The notes beneath the pieces were generated by a model. It did no database searches. It worked only from the letters and a program-made list of their open reading frames with translations, and was not told the DNA's origin. A program made the translations under genes and the position numbers. Positions 26,926 through 41,785 of a stretch of DNA of 64,000 bases are shown one piece after another. Positions within the stretch are counted from its first letter, which is position 1; every line of letters begins with the position of its first letter. This DNA comes from Azolla caroliniana. Taxonomy: Eukaryota > Plantae > Polypodiophyta. The stretch is taken from contig JBHGNT010000009.1 in the NCBI GenBank assembly GCA_043228905.1, forward strand, positions 21,390,001-21,454,000. The letters run 5' to 3'.

Positions 26926-27501
26926 GCCCCCTTGACTGACCCACCACCGAAAAGAGCGTATCCTATCGGTTTCCCTTAGGACCACAATGGGCCAGTGTGA
27001 AACGAGAGTTGTGTTTATTTTTCTTCTTCTTTGTTGCTCGTGACAAAGATTTGTTTGGTTACTGTGTCCGGACATGCTTCGTTCGGTTCTTGAACTCTGT
27101 CCTTCCTGCCAAACTCAAGGTGTCCGAATATAGTTGACATTTGCAAGAATAATCCACAATGGTTCGGTTTCGGCTTTAACCAGTTTGACCCAAAGCAATT
27201 TGGCAAGGTTCAAGCCGAACCGAAATGAGCTCAAACTAGTTACAAAAGCTCAAGCTTGAACCGAGCCGAACATGCCCCAACTGTTTTAACATGATTTAGT
27301 GGCTTGGTTTAGGCTTGAGCTGAGTCGATGCTGACTCCTAATTGCCATCTTTATTGTCTCACTCTCTCGTTGTTGGCTTCATGCCTTACGATTTAGCACC
27401 AAAGTCATGATTTTGATCAAACATAAGTTCAATCTTGATTCCTCGCCATGGGCTACACCGCTTCTCATAGATCGCAATCAGTCTCCCATGGACATTAAAA
27501 A

Positions 27502-27539
<38 letters not shown>

Positions 27540-27695
27540 TAAATAGTAATGTGTTGATTGCATTACAATAATAGACAAAACTCTTATTGGCATCATCACC
27601 CAATGTATAAAGATATGCAATATATGTGATGAAAACCTAGTGGAGGATGAATATCAGCTCTTGAGTGCTCAACATATAAGGTGATTCGTGAGAAA

Positions 27696-28159
27696 CATAG
27701 ATTTACACACACATGATATTCGTGATATTCGCCATGCGTGATATTGGCAATATTTGAGAATAAGAAATAGCCCCAATAATATTATAAAACCATTCGTTTT
27801 GCAAAATAAATTTACATAATAGAAATTAATTTATTCATAAAAAAAAAGAACAATCACTCGCTAATAGAAATATGATTAGTGTCAAATAAAAATATCCACA
27901 AAATCCGGGAGACTATAAAGGGGAGAATTTATGAACCATTATTTTCTAATTTCTAATTTCCACAAACCATTTCTAACTTCTATAAACCCTAAATCCTAAA
28001 CCATTTCTAACTTCTAATTTATCAACATGAGCACGAGTCGGTCTATTTCTTCTTCTTTTTTCCTTAAAAGAAAAAAAAAGAATACCTTTACATCTATTTG
28101 TATTCGTATTCGTACGCATTTGTGGGGAGGCCCTACGAATGTGAACATGTCAATCTATG
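27696..28159. mobile_element. Possible hAT-type MITE remnant
   Basis: The ends CATAGATTTACA / TGTCAATCTATG form an imperfect TIR, and TATTCG-type subterminal motifs occur near both ends. No TSD is visible. Confidence 0.35.
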
Positions 28160-30587
28160 ATATGTATGGTGGCTTCTTTGATGAGCATGAATTTTAGTGG
28201 TCTATGATGTAATTTGTTTGCTCACTAATGCGAAGTAGTGTTTTTTTGGAAAGAAGAAGAAGAAGAAGTTAGATGTTATACGCAAATCTCCACCAAGAAG
28301 GGGCAACACATATATTTGTGCATTATTTTCACATCGGGATTTTTTTTACTATAGACTAATAACCTTCGTGAGGAGGCGATAACCAGATGATATGTTTATT
28401 TGGTTCCATAGGTCACACATCACACACACACTCTCTCTCTCTCTCTTCATGATGCACTCGAATTACTCATGTTTCCTTTGTGTTCCATAAAGGCGACAAT
28501 GGTTTATGTCTAGTTTGTGTATCTCTCTATGTGTGTCTAGATTCTCACATTATAGAACACACAAGCCACATGTGGTGGCTACACCTTATGCAACAACAAA
28601 TATGACACTCTTGGAGGCACCTTTTTGGGTCCCATAAGTCATGTTTGCTTATCATTCTCATGAATTAATGAAGACAATATACATCAAGAAAAATGTCTCA
28701 TTTGATCTCATAGAACATAACATGGATTTCACTCATGAGTTCAAGACCAACTCAAGCAAGGACATGTTCCAATCATTTATTGCATTGGAATCAATCACAA
28801 TCCCTTGTCTACCACATTCTAACCTCCTAGTTTGGGAGACTTTCCTAATGTAGAATTCATGTCTAGATTTAGGCGATTTTAATGCAAAACCTTATTTCAA
28901 GACATTCTCATAGAGGTAGGGATTGGACCACTTTACATATAAATTTACTTTGTTAACCATTGAAGTTGTTCGAGCCAAACACAAAAAAGCAATAATTTCA
29001 TAATGATTTGCAAGTAATACTCAAGGGATGGGGTAGGTTATCTCATATGCCCATCTTGAACAAGAAAGGACAAAACCCCATCGTTGAATGATGCTCAATT
29101 TTTTCTTAAAAAATTACCAAAGTTTGTTGCAAAGTTAATATAGTTGAATGAATTATGTGCGTAACTTTGATTATGACATTATGATTAGATAAGGGGCAAA
29201 AAGATCACCACCTTTTACATGAACACAAAGAAATTGTCTTGATGAATTGGAACCAAACACATTGCAGTATATTTCAAGTACTTCGTAAAGCTTACATATA
29301 TATACATGAAAATTTTATGTCGGAATAGTACGCCAAGAATTATGAAAAAGCATAGCATCGAAAGAGGGTTGCATGTCCTTGGTCCCTTGTTTCCAACTTC
29401 ATGTTTCGGAAGTGATTCGTGAATACTAGCAACTCTTGATTTTGTTTGTATTGATACCATAGCTACAATGGGTCATCCTAAATTGATAATAATATTTATA
29501 TCAAATATACTCAGCTTGTAACTACAATGTATCATCCTAAATTGACAATAGGATTTGTATTAGTACCGAGCTTGTAATGACAACAAGAATAATGCAAAGA
29601 TGACTCTTATTGAATCAACATAAGAATTTATCATGCACCATAAGTAGAGAATAATAAATTCTGTATATTAATTTTTTGGTATGAGACTAGGTTAATGCAC
29701 TAATATCGAATAAATTAACTATTTAATATCCAACAATAGATTAATAAAAACAACAATCATTTCATATTTAATAAAATAATCATTACAATATTAACAATTG
29801 GTTAATAAAAGATAATAATCTATTTATATTATTGAATAGAACGATTAAATATCGAATCAATATGGAGAAATGATTGATTAAAGATAAAATAAAATAAAAA
29901 TAAATGATAGATTTAAATTCAACTCAAATATTGACAAATGATCAATTCAATACATATAAGCAATCAAATTAAGTAAAAATAGCTATACGATCATTTAAAA
30001 TATTTGCATAAAATTAGCCATATGTTAAAAAAACTCAAAGTCAAGTAAGAACGAGACAGATTTTCAATCCTTTGCAAGTTTCCTAGATCGATTGATGATA
30101 AAATTTAATAATCAAAGAAAAGAAGCAACAAAAGAGAGAAAAAAGTATTTAAGACATTACAATTTTTATAGAATCGAAATATTAATGATAAGCATTGAAT
30201 AGTTATATTAAGAAAAGAATAGTTGGAGGGTGCTTTAAATACGTACCACCCTTGAACGAAGGACAAGAGACAAACATAAAATTCCATTGGTGTAACAAGT
30301 CAATTTTGATGTTGAAAGGGAAATCTTGAATCCTTTCAACAAGGAAACGTCATATGCAATAAGCACTACTTCATCATCTTCTTCTTCCCAAGCATTGGGA
30401 TAATGCAAGCAATTGATGCCTAGAGCTTCGAATCATCAAGTTTGGGGCCAGAGTCATTGGCTAATGAATTCACGACATCCGCAGAAGGAACTCGAGAAGT
30501 CGAGTAATACAAGGGAAACCATAAGTGGAGGCTATGCGCATACATGTCTCCTGACACCGGATCAATCTTGGGATGCGAACATACATC

Positions 30588-31211
30588 AGATGTGCATTAT
30601 TAAAATCAATTATCAATTTAGAGATAATGAGAAACCTCAAGACTATAGTCCACATGAGCTTCCACGAGTCTCCATGCACATATAGGTCCTGTCTTATGCA
30701 TTGATAAATAAGACATTGGAGTGTTAGGATAGGAAGCCCCATCAAGAGGTCGTCAAGAGTAGTGAAGTGTGATGGTAATCAAACGTTAGGTCGCATGTGG
30801 GCAAAGTATGAAATATGTAGAAGATATGCATGTTAAGGGCTTGTCTAATCTTCCTCAATATAATGAAGAAGAAATTCTTCCCTAGTTCGTAGAGCCCTTT
30901 GGCCTACACGATGTTCTCCTGAATTTCTACTTCATTATGTCGTGGAAGATTAGACAAGCCCTCAACATGCATATCTTCTATTTCATGCTTCCCACATGCA
31001 ACCAAACGTTTGATTGCCATCACACTTCAATATTCTTGACGACCTCTTGACGGAGTTTCCTATCCTAACACTCCAATGTCTTATTGATTGATGCATAAGA
31101 CATGACCTCTATGTGCATGCAGACTCGTGGAAGCTCATTTGATCTACACTCTTGAGGTTTCTCAGTATCTCTAAATTGATAATTGATTTCAAATTTCAAT
31201 AATGCCCATCT
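30588..31211. repeat. Long inverted repeat (foldback), ~290-bp arms with ~45-nt loop
   Basis: The arm ~30588-30877 is the imperfect reverse complement of ~30921-31211 (e.g. aagacattggagtgttaggatagg / cctatcctaacactccaatgtctt). Confidence 0.92.
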
Positions 31212-33516
31212 AGGGTATTTATACACAAAATGTCTTCATTACACATAATGTTTATGTCAAATTAAATTGAGAGAATAGACCACAAGAAAAAAAGGCAAGG
31301 AAAAGTTACGAATTTGAATGGGGTCACATGCCGTAATTCCTAAAGTCTAAAGTCTCTTTGTACACCTTACAATTAAAAGAATTGTCGTCCACAAAATAAC
31401 ATCCACAAACGTTGCCTTCACTTAAAAGTGAAGATCATATGGTTGAATTCCCAACACTCAAAACCTCTATGGCATCAATGTGCCCTTGTGGATGTGGGAT
31501 TTCGTACAAAGAGAGGTTGACCCAACGTTTGATTTCCATGACACTCCACTATTTTTTATAACCTTTTAATATGCTTGAGTTTTCTACAAAAGGAAGTAAC
31601 AAGTTTGGTCTTCCTCCTTTCTTTTGTACTAGATAAGACCAAATTATCACATATAACTTTGCATAGAGGATCACCAAACCCTTTTGTTTAGCCATAAGAG
31701 GAAAATTCTATCTACAAACTATAAATTTCTATGTAGATATAGGCCAAATGTTTGTATCCATTTTGTATTATATACAACATCTAAGTTGTGTGTGTTGGCT
31801 TTATATCTTTGATGATTGTTATGTAATCTCCATTGATAGTAATCTTAGAAGACTAGATTTGCTAATCTCAAGATAGAGAACTAGGTCAATAAGACTATTC
31901 CATTTGCATTTAAAACATGCTTTGTTGTGTATACTTTAATTTATTTTAAGATTTATGTCACATGAAAAAAGCTAAGAAAAGTCATGGGTCCTTTTTTACA
32001 TTGATGCTTGATGCTACGTGAGGTTCCGTTGTACCATGTCATTTCATTTGTCATTAATCCACAACCTTGCATTGTGAGACACTGGCGTTACAAATCCTCT
32101 TCAAAGTTTATGAAACCAAACTACTACTACACAAATACAACAAATTGCACAAACCATGCATGTTCCTCCTACACAAAACAACGCATTCCTTGTTTATTGT
32201 ATTTGTTTTATATGGAGACATTGGTAGGGGGTCTATCTCAAAGCAGTTTTTATTGGAGCATACTCTTTTATCTCTTGAGAATATGCACAATCATGGTGTA
32301 TGTAAAAACTCTTCGAGGTGCTCCAGAACACGTGCTAAGAGAGTTCATTTCAACCTATGAAACAATTATCTACCGAAAAGTTTTCGCCTTTAATTTGGGT
32401 TCTTTTCAACCCTTATCAAACAAATCTCTATCAAAAAGTTTCCGCGTTAAATTTGAGAGGTACAACATCATCCATCCACAAGTCACTTTGAGTTGGTGAT
32501 TGAAACATATTAATCTCCCGCAATCACGCCTTTTCCGACTCTTTTGGCATGGGGAACATTGTTCTCTTTTTAAATCAAACTGGCACTATCTTACATGAGA
32601 TTTCAACAACACTCCAATATTTCAAAATAAATTACTAATAATGAGGTACATACTTCAAAGAAGTAAACAAGGTCACTAAAACACATGGAAAGATACAAAT
32701 TAATAGAAACATATACAAAATAGACTTACAGATCAATATTTTCACCTCAATATTTTCAAATGCCCATTTCTTTTCAGAAAATGTGTAAACTTAGTGTGTC
32801 AAAAAACATCCTGACTACATAGATCCAAGAGATGTAATATATATATATATATACCCAAAGTTTTACGGATAATCAGCTAAGGTGTGTATTTGGTTATCTT
32901 TAATCAACTAATGATAGCAAATGATGTCTTGACAACAGAGCCCTGTATACTTGGCCTTGAGAATGAAATGATGGATACTGTATTGCACTATGTCTATCAA
33001 TATGCAATGATTTCATCTTCAGTCTGAGTCTCGATCTTCTCATCATACCATGTCGGCATCTAATCAATCATCCTAGCATCTCCCGTTGGGTCGTTACCAA
33101 AACAATGTCGCGACAGGGTCTACTCATGAAGCAAGATTCAAGTGACTTAGCAGCAAAAACTTTAGTGTCAATCACTACATTCTGTGCTCAGCCTACCATT
33201 CTTAAGCATACATTACTGGGAGTTGGACCATCAATAATTATACAAGCATACACTAATGTACATAGTGCAATGAATAGTAATAATGCGCACAATTAACATA
33301 TGAGTGGAACTATTCGATGATGCAGAATAGAAGCATCCATTCATATGCATGTGCAAGATAATCGTTTAATCACGAGTACTATAATCAATGCTACATTTAA
33401 GAACACATAAATTTGTGAGAAGAGTGAGTATACACGAATATGTGAATGGGGGAGTAGAAGAATGAGTACAAAGCATCCATTGATGTGGCATGGAATGATA
33501 AAATACATTAGTAGAG

Positions 33517-33660
33517 GATTTCAATTATTGAAAAAGCATTAAAAATAAAATAGAACACTGAAACTGAATATTGATGTAGAATGCTCTATGGATTTCAATT
33601 ATTGAGCATTAAAAATAAAATAGAACACTGAAACTGAATATTGATGTAGAATGATGTATG
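33517..33660. repeat. ~70-bp tandem duplication
   Basis: gatttcaattattga...agcattaaaaataaaatagaacactgaaactgaatattgatgtagaatg occurs twice in tandem. Confidence 0.85.
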
Positions 33661-33699
33661 TGCATGATCTAAAAATAGATGGAAAATCATGAATAAAAA

Positions 33700-35345
33700 T
33701 AGTTTATAGAGTTCTGATCTACTCCGAATCACAGAGAGGAAGCAAACTCACTCTCTCTCTCTCTCCCCACACTACTAAGTGGGTACATGTATAACAATCT
33801 CCCACTAAAAGGCCTAAACTAGGAGGAGTACAAATGATGGAAGGTTGACCTGTACAAGACCTAGACCTATACCTCTCACCTGATGGGCATGTTACACAAT
33901 GTACACGACAAGTGTGTAACGTAAGGTACTAAGTAATGCCCATCAAGTAACAACAATGCTCCAACGCATCTTGTGGTAAGGCCTTGGTCAATGCATCTGC
34001 AACATTTTCGCGACAAACAACCTTCTCAAGGCTAATGCAACCATTAGCTACGCATTCCCCAATGAAATGGTATCACACTCCAATATGTTTGGTCTTCGCA
34101 TGACCAAACATACCGGGTTCTTAGCCAAAGCAATGGCACTCTGACTATCACAAAATAGTTTAGGTACATGTTGCGGTATACCCATGTCACTAGCTAATCC
34201 AGACAACCAAATTGCTTCGTCACATGCCTCACTGGCTGCAACATACTCAACCTCTGTAGTTGACAATGCGACACAATCTCGAAGACGAGATCTCCAAGCA
34301 ATAACACCTCCCATAATCTGAAAGATGTACCCTAAAGTAGATTTCCTACTATCAGCGCATCCGGCATAATCTGAATTTGTGTATCCAATGATAGAGACAT
34401 CCCCTTTACCTAAACAAAGGCACTTATCCTTAGTGCCACTCAGATATCTCAATATCAACTTGACAACATCCCAATGTTTCTTACCATGATTTGACATGAA
34501 TCGACTTACTGCTCCCACTACAAATGCAATGTTTGGTCTAGTGGCCACCATTGCGTACATAAGACTCCCAACTACGGATTGATAAGGAACCTTGGACATG
34601 AATTCCTTGTCCTCATCAGATGTGGAGCAATCGCATGTGCTCAATTTTACATATGTAGGCAATGGAGTGCTCAATGGCTTTGCATTTTCCATATTAAACC
34701 TCTTGAGCACTTTCGATATGTACTCGACCTTAGACAAGGAAATGCATCGGTTACTCCTATCACGAGTAATATGCATACCAAGAATATGTTTTGCATCTCC
34801 CAAATCCTTCATGTCAAAATTCTGGCCCAAGTTTTTCTTTAACAAGGATAACTCATCCTTGTTTTTACCAACAATAAGCATGTCATCAACATATTGTATC
34901 AACGTGATAAAACTCCCATTTCAACAGGTTTTCGTATAAAGACATGCATCCTCATTGCTTCTAGTATATCCTTGATTCTTCATAAAAGCATCAAAATTCT
35001 GGTACCACAGTCTAGGGGACTGCTTAAGCCCATACAAACTCTTCTAGAGTTTACATACCAAATATTCTTTTCCCGAGACTTCATGACCTTCTGGTTGTTC
35101 CATATAAATATCCTCATCAAGGTCCCCATGTAAAAAGGCAGTCTTCACATCCATTTGGACTAATTCCAAATTCTGATTTGCAGCCAATGAAGCAACATAC
35201 ATAATGTAGTCATCTTAACTACATGAGAGAAGGTTTCATCAAAATCAATTCCATGTTCTTGCTTGAAACCTTTGGCTACCAAGCATGCTTTATACTTTGG
35301 GGAAACACTATCACATGTATAGTTGTACTTGTATACCTACTTGCA
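33700..35345 (-). mobile_element. Ty1/copia (Tnt1-like) 3' part: RT-RNaseH, PPT and start of 3' LTR
   Basis: YVDDMLIVG, FDMKDLG, PYQSVVGSLMY, ALSTTEVEY and CDSQSAIALAKNP. PPT AGTGGGAGAT is followed by TGT at 33796 on the minus strand. The far end of the LTR could not be defined. The element is cut at 35345 by plastid DNA. Confidence 0.92.
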
Positions 35346-36794
35346 AAAGGTCCTTTCTTCGTTGAACCGTTCGGTCTTGCCACTCACGTCCTACAGATCC
35401 TCGTCTCGTCGATGCTTGCCACTCCGAATACGCACGATCCATAACACTTCTCATATATAAACGAGCTAACCTTATTTTGATAGCATCCCCCCCAGCAGCT
35501 ATTTCATTTCTTTGAAGGATCTCGAAATTCCGAGTGGAGAAATAAGTAGGAAGAACGTTCTTCCAGGATCGATCCTCATAATTGAACAAGCCTCGCAATC
35601 TTGATGAGGTTGGTCTCTCAGCCACAGGCCTAGCAAAAAAAAGATTGGGATAGGTGAAAAACGGTCCCCCCCTCGGAATCAGACATGAGTGTTTCCCCTC
35701 ATCCGGCTCGAATAGCTTTATCTAAACGCAAAAATTTGTTTGAGGGTAATTTAAATTTTTGTTTGACGGTGTGATGGGTTCTTAGGACGACATAGCGCTC
35801 CCACCCCCATCAATTCATCTATGCATGCAGAAATAGCTATTCGTTACTCAAGCTTCAACAAGCCTTTCTTGAGTAGTCTTGAATCCCTTTGCATGTGCCA
35901 TCTACACCCCCGAAGGGAGGTTGGTTCCCCTCACTCTCTTTGGTTCGATCATGGATTGGAGAGATTTTTCTTGTCCCTAATACGATTATTACTCTTCTTT
36001 GGATTTCCACTCCACCTCGATGGTTTACCAATTCGTTTGAGAAACCTCTGTGATGGTTGGATTTCTATAACCATATCTATTCTTTAAAGGAGCTTTAATA
36101 AAAAGAAACCTCAAAAGAAGAAGAAGAAGAATTCAATCAGTCTTTGATCACCCAATCAAGATTGTCAGATTAGACTTGTCTTTACGAAGCTTGATCGAAG
36201 GATTAATTGATTAATACTGGAAGAGAACCCTCAGTATGTACATAATACTTTTAATCCCGAGTTACAAAATTCTCCTCAATTGTGAGAAATATGTTGGAAG
36301 TGGAGGCATCCCATCGTCGTATGAGATGACAGGCTGGGTTTAGTCTGTGGTGATCGAAATATACAATCGACTCACGCATCGCAAAACACTAGGCTTTCTG
36401 ATTCCTTGAGAGGCTTAGCAAGTAGATTTGCTATGTAACTAGGGACTCGCTTTGGGAACCATATGTGAGTTACTGGGCATGCTAATTTGATATATCCCAT
36501 TCGGTATCTTCGAACCCGAGAGTCGGTGAATTCAACCCCGCAATGCGTACAAAAATTGGAAAACTCCTCCTCATTCTCGATAGTTTCCACAGGTACAAAC
36601 TCCACTTTTTATTGGCCCAAAAATTCTCTCACAGAATAAACCATCTCGCTCTGGCTTATGGGTCTTATGATGCAATGTATAAGGTTAATCAACTTGACCA
36701 ATGGTCTCTCCGTTAGGTAACCTTCTTTCGGCCCAGCTACGAATCTGTTCAGGGGAAGCTAGCCCAATACGAAGTTTTTGATAATTAGTGTCAT
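35346..36794 (-). pseudogene. rpoC1: NUPT: plastid rpoC1 exon 1, group II intron and 5' part of exon 2
   Basis: Exon 1 (~36794-36378): [45 protein letters not shown]. Intron ~36377-35644 with domain V GAGCCGGATGAGGGGAAACACTCATGTCTGATTC. Exon 2: ARP...LRGLFNYED, RRKDLL. Frameshifted and truncated. Confidence 0.93.
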
Positions 36795-36845
36795 GAATCT
36801 TAAGATAAAAAGTTTCAATTGTTTTTTTTTTACTTCTATGGAGTA

Positions 36846-39236
<2,391 letters not shown>

Positions 39237-41785
39237 CAATGCCAATTATACTCGAATGTTCAACATAGGGATGAACTTCATCCGACATATCCATTATCAA
39301 TGCACTATAAGTGGTTGGTAGACATAGTGGTTATGCCAATGGGATTGTGGCAAATGAGCTACCTCGTGCTAGCAAGAGAGGATCTCACCAACCAAGTAGA
39401 AGGTTGGGCACTAAGGAATAAAACAACTCTGGCGGTTTGCAAGTTTCTCCTTGAAGATGTTATTTGTCGATACGGATGTGTCGGCAAAATAGTAGCCGAT
39501 AGAGGAGAATTAGATGCAGATGAAGCTAAAGAGTTTTTCTCAAGGATATGCATCAAATTATCACTTACCATGGCATACAACCCAAAGGCAAATGGAAAGG
39601 TGGAGCGGGGACATAGTCCGATTGTAAAAGCTCTAGCAAAGGCTTGTGATGGGAAGATGGGGGACTAGCCATGATTATTACCATATGCATTGTGGGCCGA
39701 TAGAACTACACATAGCACGACTACTGGATATATGCTGTCTGAGCTCATATTCAGGCAAAAACCAATAATGCATATCGAGCAAAGTGTTGCCTCATGAACA
39801 ACTTTGCCATGGCAAGAGGAGATGAGTCGAGAAGACTTGCTAGCTACAAGGATCCAACAATTAGAACGGAGACCCAAAGATGTTGAGTTAGCAATAGAAC
39901 GGTTACGTGAGGCTCGATTGAGGAACAAGGAGAATTTTGATAAAAAGCATCATCTTCGTCTAAGAAAAATTGAAGAAGGAGATTGGGTACTTGTCTATGA
40001 TAGCAGCCTTGATCATCAACATAGCACTACTCGAAAGTTCGTGAAACGATGGTTTGGCCCATACGTGGTTAAGGAAATAGAAAACAATGCAACCTATTTT
40101 CTAGCGGAGTTAGATGGAACTCGACTTGCTTTGCCGATTGCAAGGAAGAGAATCAAGATCTTTAAGAGAAGAGAGACCACAAATCCTGAAATCGAACCTC
40201 TAGACTTCGAGGTTTAAAAAGAATAAGCAATAGCAACTAACAATCATTGGCACATATCGGAGGATGTGCAGGTTTGGTGGGGGTGGATGTCGTGATGTTT
40301 CTAACACATAGTGTGAAACCACCCTAGAAAAGAAGCAAAATAGTAGTTTAAATAAACTAGTATTGTGAAGTCAACTTTATTGGTAGCAAAAATACTTTTT
40401 CATTTTGCCAAAGATAATTCCTTATAAATAAAAGGTCAAAGGATTGAACCTTACAATAAATAATGATGAATGTTAAGTTAGAGGCGGTTTTCAAAAGTAG
40501 AGGAAAAAAAGCACGTGTGGATATGAGGAGCACTGTAGAGAAAAAAGCTCATAATTTCTCGTCAGATGTCCAAATTAGAAAAGAAAAGATGCATAAGAAA
40601 GCTAACCCAAAGATATTTCCAAGAATATCTTGCATGTGAAATTTGGGGCTAGAAAACAGAAATAGTGAGGAAAAGAAAAGTCGACTCATATAGACAAGCT
40701 TTTTTTTAGGGGAAAAAGCCAAGCAATCCTAAACCTATAAATAAGAGCCGATTCTGGTGAAGAAGGGGAGGAGGGAGAAGGAACGCAGAAGCTCTACTCA
40801 ATTGGAAGGCAAAAGAAGAAGGATCAACAACATCGAGAGGCATCATCAACAAAGAATCACCTTCTTCTATATTCCACTCTCTTCTTTCCTCCACCTCTCT
40901 TCCCCCTTCCTTTATAAATGATCTCTCATTATCATATCAAACCCGTTGTAAAATTGATTCTTATTTTATAAAAGAATCTATTATATTGTAATAAACTAAT
41001 GCTTGGTTTCACCTACGTGTCTTATATGTTATCATCATTTGTGCTTATTTGTTTGTGTGTCTTGTGACAAGGGAGCGTTTCAGGCTTGCCCATACACCTC
41101 TCCTTTCACAAAGGCATTCAAACTTACGTATCTTATATGTTATTGTCATTTGTGCTTATTTGTTTGTGTGTCTTGTGACAAGGGAGCGTTTCGGGCTTGC
41201 CCATGCACCTCTCCTTTCACAAAGGCATTCAAACTTACGTATCTTATATGTTATTGTCATTTGTGCTTATTTGTTTGTGTGTCTTGTGACAAGGGAGTGT
41301 TTCAGACTTGCCCATGCACCTCTCCTTTCACAATGGCATTCAAACTTATGTATCTTATATGTTATTATCATTTGTGCTTATTTGTTTGTGTGTCTTGTGA
41401 CAAGGGAGCGTTTCGGGCTTGCCCATGCACCTCTCCTTTCACAAAGGCATTCAAACTTACATGTCTTTTATGTTATTGCCATTTGTGCTTATATGTCTGT
41501 GTGTCTTGTGACAAGGGAGCGTTTCGGGCTTGCCCATACACCTCTCCTTTCACAAAGGCTTTCAAACTTTCGTATCTTGCATGTTAGTGTAAATCTTGCT
41601 TGTGTGTTCGTGCGACTTGTGGCAAGGGAGCGTTCGGGCTTGCCCATGCACCTCTCCTTTCACAAAAACGTTCGAATATTCGTGCCTTCTTTGTGTAAGC
41701 CTTGCTTGTGTTGTGCGTGTGAGCCCTATTTCCTTCCTGTCCATAACCCTAGCGGTTCCGCACATAGTGATGGATTTTCACAACA
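39237..41785 (+). mobile_element. Ty3/gypsy 3' fragment: integrase, PPT and 3' LTR
   Basis: VICRYGCVGKIVADRGE, AYNPKANGKVERGH, LWADRTT and GDWVLVY...WFGPYVV. PPT GGTTTGGTGGGGTGGA is followed by LTR TGTCG at 40288, ending ...CACAACA at 41785. Confidence 0.9.
41013..41668. repeat. 111-bp tandem repeat (5 full plus 1 degenerate copy) inside the gypsy LTR
   Basis: Unit ttacgtatcttatatg...gtcttgtgacaagggagcg...cacctctcctttcacaaaggcattcaaac, visible as a 37-aa periodicity in ORFs 41003 and 41049. Confidence 0.92.

Noticed and set aside
27980-28005. Telomere-like AAACCCTAAATCCTAAACC
   Set aside because: Two to three degenerate units only; not an interstitial telomere array.
28500-32560. Possible SWIM/MULE-like transposase relics around the foldback, including ORF 32008-32499
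   Set aside because: Only faint Cys/His hints; too degenerate to support without a profile search.
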